From a virus (taxonomy: Duplodnaviria > Heunggongvirae > Uroviricota > Caudoviricetes), in the IMG/VR virus record IMGVR_UViG_3300005758_000044, positions 64,001 to 107,737 of that record: a stretch of DNA of 43,737 nt; one strand, given 5' to 3'. Made by a program: the position numbers and the translations under genes. Numbering within the stretch: the first letter of the stretch is position 1; each line of letters starts with the position of its first letter. The notes beneath the pieces were generated by a model. The model saw only the letters and a program-made list of their open reading frames with translations. It had not been told where the DNA came from and searched no databases. Positions 14,417 through 22,470 of this stretch are shown in pieces.

Positions 14417-14490
14417 TGGGGATTAGTATAAAAGCATTATAACTGACTCTGAATCAGAAGAAGGTGGAGCATTACCATCATCCCCAGCCA
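14417..14490 (+). tRNA. tRNA-Gln(CTG), T-loop AGCATTA
   Basis: CTGA-CTCTGAA-TCAG, TGGGGAT/ATCCCCA, G-CCA. Confidence 0.85.
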
Positions 14491-14512
14491 ATTTTGTTAC
14501 TATTTATACAAT

Positions 14513-14872
14513 ATGATAAAAGCAATCTTAACAAGTATGTTATTGTCCATATCAGTAATGGCATCAGAAAAAACATTGTTGAGTGAGGTTATAGATTTGA
14601 CCAAAGAGAAAATTTCAAATGAAATCATTGTTGATTATATCAAGACGAAACCATTGTTGATTAAGTTATCTGCTCAGAATATAATTGAATTAAAGAAAGA
14701 AAAAGTTGATGATGCGGTTGTGAAATTTTTGATTCAAAAGTCTGAGTATGAAGAGAAGATTAAACTGGTGTTGGATAACTATGACAAAATAGTTGAATAT
14801 AACAACTACATATATTTTCAAAAAACATATTTGGAGCCGAGAGCAAAAGCTATGGCTGTCAAATATAATTGA
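14513..14872 (+). CDS. Secreted helical hypothetical protein
   Basis: Signal peptide ..SVMA; EVIDLTKEKISNEIIVDYI..LSAQNIIELKKEKVDDAVV. Confidence 0.7.
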   Translation: MIKAILTSMLLSISVMASEKTLLSEVIDLTKEKISNEIIVDYIKTKPLLIKLSAQNIIELKKEKVDDAVVKFLIQKSEYEEKIKLVLDNYDKIVEYNNYIYFQKTYLEPRAKAMAVKYN

Positions 14873-14874
14873 AT

Positions 14875-15187
14875 TTGACACAAGTGACTCTACGCTGGTG
14901 TAAATAACACTAGAGGAAGTTCGCTGCTGCACAGCAGATGATTGGGAGGACATAAGTTAACTTCAAATTGCCCACAACGATTAAAAGATTGCAATTCCGT
15001 GGAAGCAAGGAGCAATCCGGTTAACCTCAGTCCGTTAAAACCACAAATTAGCAGTAATCCTAAATAACCCGAGTGTAGTGCTGCACGTTGAAGGGTGAGG
15101 TTGGAGCAGTTGTTTTTAACGAACAACCAGTAGTAATACTGAGAGAAATGTAGGGATAAAACAGAACAGCGGCTATGGCTGTGTCAA
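14875..15187 (+). ncRNA. rnpB: RNase P RNA (phage-encoded)
   Basis: GAGGAAGTTCGCTG (14913-14926) pairs as P4 with ACAGAACAGCGGCTAT (15161-15176); P1 TTGACACA/TGTGTCAA; GAGAGAAATG CR-IV-like; ~313 nt. Confidence 0.8.
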
Positions 15188-15284
15188 AAATCTTGTGGTG
15201 GTTTGACCACGGCGTGAGGGACACGATACACCCCTGTATGTCTGACCCGGACGAAACGACCCGTAAGGGTAGGGTTGAATTTTG

Positions 15285-15494
15285 ATGAAAACATACAAGT
15301 TAACAGAGCTTAAAGCCGGAGAAAAAGGGCGAATTGTTGAAGTTAACATTGATAGTCAACGGTTAAAAGAACTTGGCATTATTCGTGGTGCAATTATAAC
15401 CGTAGTTACAAACAATTTAATTTGTATGATTTGTAATACCCGAATTTGTTTGGGTAAACCGATGACAGACAATATCATCGTTGAAAAGATGTGA
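15285..15494 (+). CDS. feoA: FeoA-family (SH3-like) protein
   Basis: LTELKAGEKGRIVEV...RLKELGIIRGAII...TRICLG...IIVE. Confidence 0.8.
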   Translation: MKTYKLTELKAGEKGRIVEVNIDSQRLKELGIIRGAIITVVTNNLICMICNTRICLGKPMTDNIIVEKM

Positions 15495-15619
15495 TCGTTG
15501 GTGTATAGAATTATAGCACGCTACACGTTGAGAGGGTAGAGGAGATCGAAGTTGACGGGTTAGACATTATCAGGAACGTTTCGTGAAATCCCCGTATATT
15601 CGCAAGTCACGGTCATCCA
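15492..15619 (+). ncRNA. Leu(GAG)-derived tRNA-like RNA with ~55-nt insert in the T-arm
   Basis: TGATCGT/ACGGTCA + T-CCA, GTGT/GCAC D-stem, CTAC..TTGAGAG..GTAG, insert ACGGG/CCCGT. Confidence 0.55.
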
Positions 15620-15717
15620 ATTTCACAAACACCCGATTGGAGGATTCCTTAAGGGTTTGGGCGCATGTGCCGCACAGCTTTTTAGCGTATAATAGCACGG
15701 TTTGTGAATGTTTTCTT

Positions 15718-15746
15718 TTGACAAACACTATATATTGGTGTATGTT
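15718..15746 (+). promoter_or_regulatory. sigma70-like promoter
   Basis: TTGACA-17-TATGTT with TG. Confidence 0.7.
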
Positions 15747-15754
15747 GTTTTTAT

Positions 15755-15829
15755 GGGCTGGTGGTGCTAATGGTAACACAACTCGTTTGCACCGAGTGGT
15801 TAGGAGTTCGATTCTCCTCCGGTCCACCA
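15755..15829 (+). tRNA. tRNA-Ala(TGC), second copy
   Basis: ACTCG-TTTGCAC-CGAGT, G3.U70, CCA. Confidence 0.9.
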
Positions 15830-15839
15830 ATTTTAGAGC

Positions 15840-15913
15840 GCGGGTATGATGTAGTGGTAGCCTGCAACCTTGCCAAGGTCGATGTGCCGGTTCGATTCCG
15901 GCTACCCGCTCCA
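15840..15913 (+). tRNA. tRNA-Gly(GCC)
   Basis: ACC-TTGCCAA-GGT, U73-CCA. Confidence 0.9.
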
Positions 15914-15922
15914 AACTTAACA

Positions 15923-15950
15923 AGGCCTGTATTACACAGGCCTTTTTTTT
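15923..15950 (+). terminator. Intrinsic terminator
   Basis: AGGCCTGT/ACAGGCCT + T-run. Confidence 0.85.
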
Positions 15951-15962
15951 ATGTAAAATGTT

Positions 15963-16709
15963 ATGACATGCGATGTTGGCGCAGTAGCGATAGTTTATCA
16001 AAAACAAGTACAGTCTAGTATCGAAATGATAAAATCATTTCGACAAAACAATCAATCATCTACGATAGTGTTATGTACGGATGGATTGGTTGATGAGATT
16101 GACGATATATGTAAAGAATATTCGTGTTCAGCGGTGATCAATCACAATCAATTGGGTTATCCAGCCAGTCATGATATTGAAATTCCAATCGAATATTTTC
16201 GTAGGTTATTATTGGCGTCACAATTGATATCAGAAAAATACTTCATAAACCTTGAGCCAGATTGTTTGGTAACAGGAAAAATAACGATACCATATGAGGA
16301 TTATGATTTCATCATCAACCAAGATCCAACTGTACAGTGGTTATATTACTTTGAGGGAAAAGACATTCTACGATCTTCAATCATTGATAATGTTTTGAAC
16401 TACTACAAAAATAACAACGTTTATAGCGAACAGCTATTTGACAAAATAATGGGTGGGGGAGGCGACATTTACAACAAGAATATAACGGACAAAATATTAC
16501 ATGAATGGCAATTGTTTAAAACCCGTGCATACGATTTTAAACATTTATGTGAATCTGCACAAAAAGTATGGTATCATGACATGATTGTATCGTTTCAGGT
16601 CCCCTTTCATTGCAAATCAAGATACTGGGGTATAGATTATGCAGAACGAACAAAGGATTTGAATTTGTCAGACAGAATTTTTCATAGGTGTAAGCAGTTT
16701 TACACATAA
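15963..16709 (+). CDS. Putative glycosyltransferase-like protein
   Basis: IVLCTDG, FINLEPDCL (DxD-like), MGGGG, final IFH. Confidence 0.5.
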   Translation: MTCDVGAVAIVYQKQVQSSIEMIKSFRQNNQSSTIVLCTDGLVDEIDDICKEYSCSAVINHNQLGYPASHDIEIPIEYFRRLLLASQLISEKYFINLEPDCLVTGKITIPYEDYDFIINQDPTVQWLYYFEGKDILRSSIIDNVLNYYKNNNVYSEQLFDKIMGGGGDIYNKNITDKILHEWQLFKTRAYDFKHLCESAQKVWYHDMIVSFQVPFHCKSRYWGIDYAERTKDLNLSDRIFHRCKQFYT

Positions 16710-16730
16710 AATTCAATGGAATGAACGATC

Positions 16731-16758
16731 TTGACATCACACAACAAAAGTGTAAGAT
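16731..16758 (+). promoter_or_regulatory. sigma70-like promoter for tmRNA
   Basis: TTGACA-16-TAAGAT with TG. Confidence 0.7.
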
Positions 16759-16816
16759 AGAATTTGAATACGATCCAAATATGTGATAATAGTTATTAAC
16801 GGTTCTTTTACAATAT

Positions 16817-17200
16817 GGGCGTGTACTGGTTTCGATTCAAAAATGTAGGTGTGCTAGGCACGTAGAGGACGATAGTTGGCCTCTTTAATCATCTATCAAA
16901 ATATAACTGCTAACAAGAAGAGCAAAGTAGTAAGCTACGACTTCACTTCCCGTGAGGCCGTTGCTCTCGCAGCCTAAGTTGCTGCACATCTTTTATGATG
17001 ATGTCTGATAATTGTAAAAGATGATAAACATCAGGCTAGATAACAATTTGTTTGGGATTGTTGTTGATCTTCTACCAGACACCATCAACATAAAGTTTGT
17101 TGTTTTAGATTTGTGTTGATGTAACAAAAAACAACTAAGCGTGTAGTCTGGTATACTTTAAGTTTTGAAGACGCGAGTTCGACTCTCGCCACGTCCACCA
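16817..17200 (+). ncRNA. ssrA: tmRNA; tag ANKKSKVVSYDFTSREAVALAA (16909-16977)
   Basis: GGGCGTG..TGGTTTCGA 5' end, G3.U70, GCGAG-TTCGACT-CTCGC T-arm, ACCA end, ATAACT-GCT resume context, LAA end. Confidence 0.95.
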
Positions 17201-17256
17201 ATTTTCTTTATTTTCTGTTTTGGTTATACTAGTTATATCTAGAAAGGTTATTAACT

Positions 17257-17445
17257 ATGGCAAGTTCCAAAGCGGATATACAAAAAAAGGTGTATGAGTT
17301 GACAGAAAAACTCATTTTCACAAAAAAAGATTTTAAGGATGTAGCATCTGGTTACAAAGAAAAAATCAAAGAGTTAGAAAACGAAATTAAAGCGTTGGTT
17401 GAAGAGGCTGAATCAACATCACCAACTTCTACTACATCAAGTTAA
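17257..17445 (+). CDS. Small coiled-coil hypothetical protein
   Basis: 62-aa ORF, SD AAAGG. Confidence 0.65.
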   Translation: MASSKADIQKKVYELTEKLIFTKKDFKDVASGYKEKIKELENEIKALVEEAESTSPTSTTSS

Positions 17446-17645
17446 TTTTAACGATTGATTGTCTCAACAAATGGCCCTAAGTATGGATACATGGGCGCAA
17501 CTTGACAAAAAAAGTAAAAACTTAAGTTGTTTTGAAAGTCGAGTAAGGTGTCTTACACCGAGAGGTAAGATATGAATTTGACGAGATTCAAATAGACAAT
17601 TGATTGTATGCCACAAATGAAAATTTGTGGCTTTATTATTTTCAT

Positions 17646-17918
17646 ATGAAAGAATTTCCAAATCATTATTCTAAATGTGACTGTTCTGGTCATTTGTTAG
17701 AAATTGAAAGATATTATTATACCGATAGTGACAAAGGATTCCAAATAACGACGTGGAATCTAGGTTTATCCACCAAAAAATTGTCATACTTAGAAAGGTT
17801 ACGATGGATTTGGCAAATACTTACCAAAGGAACTCTTTGGACCGATTATGTGATGATTTCGGATGACAGTGCCAAAAAACTAGCACGATTTATCGATGAA
17901 CACATAAATTCCAAATAA
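17646..17918 (+). CDS. Hypothetical phage protein (CxC motif)
   Basis: KCDCSGHLLEIE; ATG 17646 preferred over 17604. Confidence 0.65.
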   Translation: MKEFPNHYSKCDCSGHLLEIERYYYTDSDKGFQITTWNLGLSTKKLSYLERLRWIWQILTKGTLWTDYVMISDDSAKKLARFIDEHINSK

Positions 17919-17926
17919 TTATATTC

Positions 17927-18235
17927 ATGAAAATAGTAGTAAATCGATCAAAGGGAGAAAAAATGGGATACAAACTTTCACAAGAAGCATGTGATATGTT
18001 GGGCGTTAAAGATCCTTACAGTTTTTATCTACAAGAAGACCGAACTAATCCTGATCTGATTAAGATCGTTGAGTTTTTACAAGAACGTGCTAATGGTGAT
18101 ACTGCTGATCTAAGAATCATTGAAGTGCCAGATGAATTAGAAACTAAGGATGATGAAGGACGTAGAGTGCGTCACTGGCATATGAGTGATACTATGGGAT
18201 TTGAGGTCATTCGAGAAAATCATAGATTTTGGTGA
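17927..18235 (+). CDS. Conserved-looking phage hypothetical protein
   Basis: MKIVVN..RTNPDLIKIVE..ADLRIIEVPD..ENHRFW. Confidence 0.7.
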   Translation: MKIVVNRSKGEKMGYKLSQEACDMLGVKDPYSFYLQEDRTNPDLIKIVEFLQERANGDTADLRIIEVPDELETKDDEGRRVRHWHMSDTMGFEVIRENHRFW

Positions 18236-18243
18236 GAATGAAG

Positions 18244-18271
18244 TTGACATTCAAAACATTCGTGGTATACT
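18244..18271 (+). promoter_or_regulatory. sigma70-like promoter
   Basis: TTGACA-16-TATACT with TG. Confidence 0.75.
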
Positions 18272-18321
18272 GTAAGTATAAATCGTAGTAACAACATTAA
18301 CTATAACACAATACAAAAGTT

Positions 18322-18510
18322 ATGTCTGATACAAAAAACAAAAAGTATGTAGTTGTCCGTAGCGGGCTTAGGGTTTCTGATTTGGAGTATGATACTCCGA
18401 GTGATGCAGCCACTGAAGCAGAACATTGGAAGTCTATTATCAAGCGATGGCCAGATGGGTCGGTCATTGAGGTTGTAGAGAAGGACGAAAAGAAGCACCG
18501 CGTATACTAA
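18322..18510 (+). CDS. Hypothetical protein
   Basis: 62-aa ORF downstream of promoter. Confidence 0.7.
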   Translation: MSDTKNKKYVVVRSGLRVSDLEYDTPSDAATEAEHWKSIIKRWPDGSVIEVVEKDEKKHRVY

Positions 18511-18514
18511 AAAT

Positions 18515-18739
18515 ATGGGTCTACGAGAACAAATTAAACAAACGGAATCGGAAGAACAAATTGTAGCCCTTCTTAAGGCTGCTCAAAAATATAAGTTTGC
18601 TTCCGAGCGAACCAAACGGTCATGGAAGTCTACTGCAAAATATCGAATTGCACAATTGACTTCTTCGGACATCGCACAAGAGGCTTCAGCAGAAGCTACT
18701 TCTTCTTCTAAGAAGAGTTCCAAGAAAAAGAACAAGTAA
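18515..18739 (+). CDS. Basic hypothetical protein
   Basis: 74-aa ORF, followed by terminator. Confidence 0.7.
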   Translation: MGLREQIKQTESEEQIVALLKAAQKYKFASERTKRSWKSTAKYRIAQLTSSDIAQEASAEATSSSKKSSKKKNK

Positions 18740-18761
18740 TCAATCAAAATACTACGATTTG

Positions 18762-18792
18762 AAAAACGTCACCCAACGGTGACGTTTTTTTT
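18762..18792 (+). terminator. Intrinsic (possibly bidirectional) terminator
   Basis: AAAAACGTCACC/GGTGACGTTTTT + T-run. Confidence 0.9.
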
Positions 18793-18823
18793 TATTTAAG
18801 CAACAGTAGTTAAGACAATATTT

Positions 18824-19159
18824 ATGTTCGATACTGTTAATATGCCTAGAAAAGCAAAACCAAAACCGTTTGTTCTTCCATCTGATTTCAAAGAATTAAA
18901 TACGTATGTTGTTGATCATAAAAAGGAATTGATGGAAAAGGTGATCTCGTCAATTGAATTTGCTCTAGAAAAAAATATTCCGGTTGTAGAGGTCTTCGGG
19001 TTTACAAACTCAGATTTTGTTGTAGCGATTTCACAAAGCGAATTCCGCAACAACATAACTCATATATACAATTTTTACATTCAAAACGAATGGTATGAAT
19101 TGTGTGGAAGAGTTAAGAAAGTTGAATCGTTATTGGATACCAAACTTAAAAACCGATGA
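18824..19159 (+). CDS. Hypothetical protein upstream of phoH (start may be 18842)
   Basis: 111-aa ORF overlapping the phoH start (ATGA). Confidence 0.7.
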   Translation: MFDTVNMPRKAKPKPFVLPSDFKELNTYVVDHKKELMEKVISSIEFALEKNIPVVEVFGFTNSDFVVAISQSEFRNNITHIYNFYIQNEWYELCGRVKKVESLLDTKLKNR

Positions 19160-19881
19160 AAAAAAATAAAAATCGTGCGGATACGAGTCCAACAGTCCCT
19201 CAGAAACACAAAATCAAAAATGAAATCGACATACATGAACGAGAATTAAACGAAAAACAAAAACAATTTTTAGAACTCACGCTGGATAAAAAAACAAAAC
19301 TGATGTTTGTAAGTGGTCCGGCTGGAACATCAAAAACGTACATGGCGATTTTGTCAGCGTTAAAGTTGATGAATGAAAAAAAGGTAAGTGATTTGTTGTA
19401 TTTAAGAAGTGCTGTAGAGAGTTCGGATAGCAAGATTGGATTTCTTCCGGGAGAGGCTAATGAAAAAATGGCACCATACATTCAACCTCTTATAGAGAAA
19501 CTTACCGAACTTACAAACAAAGCCACTATAGATTGGTTGCAAAAAGAAGAACGTATTGAAAGCATTCCTATTGGTTTTTTGAGAGGATTAAACTGGAATG
19601 CAAGGTGTATTGTTGCAGATGAAGCACAAAATATGACTTACAAAGAACTTGTCACTCTTGTAACCCGTGTTGGAGAGTTCAGCAAAGTCTTTGTGATTGG
19701 AGATCCTGAACAAAGTGATATCAATTTGAAAAGCGGATTTGTTAAAATGATAAGTAATTTCGACGATGAAGAAAGTCGTGCCAATGGAATTCATGTTTTT
19801 GAATTTACAGAGGACGACATCGTTAGAAGCGAACTTGTCAAGTTCATAATCAAGAAACTTAAACAAATACACAAATCATGA
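19156..19881 (+). CDS. phoH: PhoH-family ATPase
   Basis: GPAGTSKT Walker A, IGFLPG, FLRG, VADEAQN, GDPEQSD, DIVRS. Confidence 0.95.
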   Translation: MKKNKNRADTSPTVPQKHKIKNEIDIHERELNEKQKQFLELTLDKKTKLMFVSGPAGTSKTYMAILSALKLMNEKKVSDLLYLRSAVESSDSKIGFLPGEANEKMAPYIQPLIEKLTELTNKATIDWLQKEERIESIPIGFLRGLNWNARCIVADEAQNMTYKELVTLVTRVGEFSKVFVIGDPEQSDINLKSGFVKMISNFDDEESRANGIHVFEFTEDDIVRSELVKFIIKKLKQIHKS

Positions 19882-20354
19882 CTATAACAGATATCTCCCC
19901 GTCCACCGCTGTTGGTGGTCAATGGATTTACATTCAAGGATCTGATTTTGATTTAACAAATACTCAGGTCTATTTTGGAACCGTACAATGTGTGGTATAC
20001 GTCATAACATCAACAAGTACGATTGCCGCGATGGTTCCTGATGGATGTCCTTCGACCTGTAACATTAAGATTGTTGATGGGCTAAATGAAGTTGTCAGTT
20101 CGATGACATTTTCTCTAGCCACTATAACACAACCACCGATCATAGATTCCGTATATATCGATGTGGATACAGATTGGGTTGGTGTGATAGGAGATAACTT
20201 TGTTTGGAACAACACCACAATTACAATTGACGAACAACCTTTTACTGCATCGGTTGATGCTCCATCAATATGTGGCGCTCGAAAGGACATTTCATTAACC
20301 GTGACTTCTGTTGTCATTCAAACACCATATGGATCCGTCACACATTCTGTTTAA
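19878..20354 (+). CDS. IPT/TIG-domain protein
   Basis: TITDISPS..IYIQGSDF..VYFG..TSTSTIAAMVP. Confidence 0.7.
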   Translation: MTITDISPSTAVGGQWIYIQGSDFDLTNTQVYFGTVQCVVYVITSTSTIAAMVPDGCPSTCNIKIVDGLNEVVSSMTFSLATITQPPIIDSVYIDVDTDWVGVIGDNFVWNNTTITIDEQPFTASVDAPSICGARKDISLTVTSVVIQTPYGSVTHSV

Positions 20355-20360
20355 ACAAAA

Positions 20361-20389
20361 TTGACTAATGTCGTATCCCATATTAGAGT
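20361..20389 (+). promoter_or_regulatory. sigma70-like promoter overlapped by an inverted repeat
   Basis: TTGACT-17-TAGAGT; TATCCCATA/TATGGGATA flanks the -10. Confidence 0.6.
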
Positions 20390-20398
20390 GTATGGGAT

Positions 20399-21061
20399 AT
20401 GACAAAAACCTACACAGAAAAACAACTAGCGGATAATTACGAAAAGTTTATAAAGCAACTTTCTACATATTTTAGTGGAGAAAGACTTGCAAAACTACAA
20501 CATCTTTATAGCGAAGATGAGTTTGGATATAGACTTATCATGGCACCAGCAAGTGCTCGTGAGCATTTTCACAACGCATATCCCGGCGGATATCTTGACC
20601 ACATCAACAATGTGTTGACAACGTGTTTCGGTGTTAAAAAGTTATACGAAGTCCGTGGAGGAACAATCGACTTCACAGATGAAGAGTTAGCATTTGCAGC
20701 AATTCATCACGATCTTGGAAAGTTGGGTGACAAGGAGCAAGGTGAATACTACCTTCCACAAGACAGTGATTGGCATCGTAAAAACAAGGGTGAAATTTAC
20801 AAGTTTAATCCATCCTTGCAGTATATGGATGTCACAGACAGAGCATTGTTTATTCTACAACAGTATGGTGTTGTATGTACTTGGAAGGAGACATTAGCAA
20901 TTAAATTATCTGATGGATTGTATCATGAGGCCAACACTTCATACTTAAAGTCATATAATCCAGAACACGAACTGAAGACAAATCTTCCTAGAATTGTTCA
21001 TATCGGAGACTATATCAGTTGTAGGTGTGAATGGGATCAGTGGAAGATTCAAAACGATTAA
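20399..21061 (+). CDS. HD-domain phosphohydrolase-like protein
   Basis: APAS..HNAYPGGYLDH, AIHHDLGKLG, SDGLY, HIGD. Confidence 0.85.
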   Translation: MTKTYTEKQLADNYEKFIKQLSTYFSGERLAKLQHLYSEDEFGYRLIMAPASAREHFHNAYPGGYLDHINNVLTTCFGVKKLYEVRGGTIDFTDEELAFAAIHHDLGKLGDKEQGEYYLPQDSDWHRKNKGEIYKFNPSLQYMDVTDRALFILQQYGVVCTWKETLAIKLSDGLYHEANTSYLKSYNPEHELKTNLPRIVHIGDYISCRCEWDQWKIQND

Positions 21062-21064
21062 AAT

Positions 21065-22360
21065 ATGGAAGACGAATCAATATTTGTACAAATAGCATCT
21101 TATAGGGACCCTGAGTTAGTGCCAACCATAATGGATATGTTTGCGTCAGCAGACAATCCAGAATTGTTACACGTTTGTATCTGTTGGCAACACGACGACT
21201 CTGAAAATCTTGATGTTTTAAAATCGTATTCAAATATTGAAATCATTGATGTTCCTTACTATGAAAGTAAAGGAGCATGTTGGGCACGAAACCAAATTCA
21301 ACGTCGTTATGATGGCGAACGATATACGCTTCAGTTGGATTCACATCATAGGTTTGTTAACGGATGGGATACTATACTGAAGTCGATGTATAACCAATGT
21401 AAGAGTATGGGCAGTGAAAAACCTTTAATTACTGCCTATATTCCCGCTTTTAATCCGTTTGATGATAAAGACTCGTATGAAACAATTCCATGGAAAATGA
21501 ACTTTCATAAGTTTTTACCAGACGGACCAGTGTTTTTTGTTCCATCTCCTATAGATGACCACGAACTGTTGGACGCGCCCATTCCTGCTAGATTTTATTC
21601 AGCACATTTTGCATTTGCTGATGGTAAATTTGCTGAGGAAGTGCGACACGATCCTGAATTTTATTTCTACGGAGAAGAAATTAGCATAGCAGTTAGAGCG
21701 TTTACTCATGGATATGATTTATATCACCCTCACAAAGTGATATGTTGGCATGAATATACTCGATCCGCGAGGTTCAAACACTGGGATGACCATGATAAAT
21801 CTAAACAAGACATGAAGGGTATAAAAAAATCTTGGTGGGAAAGAGATCATCACAGTCAGAAAAGAAATCGTGTGTTGTTTGGTATGGAACAAGACGATGA
21901 CATAAAAATCAAAGAAAGATATAATTTTGGAACGTCACGTACTCTGCAAGACTATGAAAGATATGCTGGGGTAAACTTCAAAAATAAAGAAGTGAGTGTT
22001 TATACATTGATGGGTAAGCCCGCACCTACACCGTATAACGAAAATTATGTACCGGGTGAAGATCCACAATCATTGCAAATTGTTACAATCAACAAAGAAG
22101 TAACAATAGATCTCAATATTCTTCATAACAGTATATTACAAAAAATAACTGTTAATGTGTATGATAAACAAAATCGATTGATCACAACGAAAATGTTCAA
22201 TTCACAAATAATAAACGTTTGGAGACTATCAAAGAATCCAATTTCTTATTTTGAGACGATTGATGTATTATCCAATAATCAAGAATTGACATACGAACTA
22301 GTCGGTTATGACATTTCTAACAGAACTGTTATGTCGATTAAAAAAAATTTTGATGCTTGA
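21065..22360 (+). CDS. GlcNAc-transferase-like glycosyltransferase (Skp1 Gnt1/GT60-like)
   Basis: IFVQIASYRD, SKGACWAR, LQLDSHHRF, FYFYGEEI..RAFTHGYD. Confidence 0.8.
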   Translation: MEDESIFVQIASYRDPELVPTIMDMFASADNPELLHVCICWQHDDSENLDVLKSYSNIEIIDVPYYESKGACWARNQIQRRYDGERYTLQLDSHHRFVNGWDTILKSMYNQCKSMGSEKPLITAYIPAFNPFDDKDSYETIPWKMNFHKFLPDGPVFFVPSPIDDHELLDAPIPARFYSAHFAFADGKFAEEVRHDPEFYFYGEEISIAVRAFTHGYDLYHPHKVICWHEYTRSARFKHWDDHDKSKQDMKGIKKSWWERDHHSQKRNRVLFGMEQDDDIKIKERYNFGTSRTLQDYERYAGVNFKNKEVSVYTLMGKPAPTPYNENYVPGEDPQSLQIVTINKEVTIDLNILHNSILQKITVNVYDKQNRLITTKMFNSQIINVWRLSKNPISYFETIDVLSNNQELTYELVGYDISNRTVMSIKKNFDA

Positions 22361-22470
22361 TTTTTCCGTTTGAACAATATATATTACCGGTGATGAATAT
22401 GTCATCCATTTACGCTCATTATGAGGTAGATGAATAGGTCTATAAAGACTATTAACAAAAGGAATAAAAT

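Noticed and set aside
6620-16018. Short ORFs overlapping tRNA clusters (e.g. 6911, 7400, 8179, 8339, 12046, 12804, 12916, 13746, 13854, 15570, 15583, 15761)
   Set aside because: Chance frames across tRNA genes or their antisense
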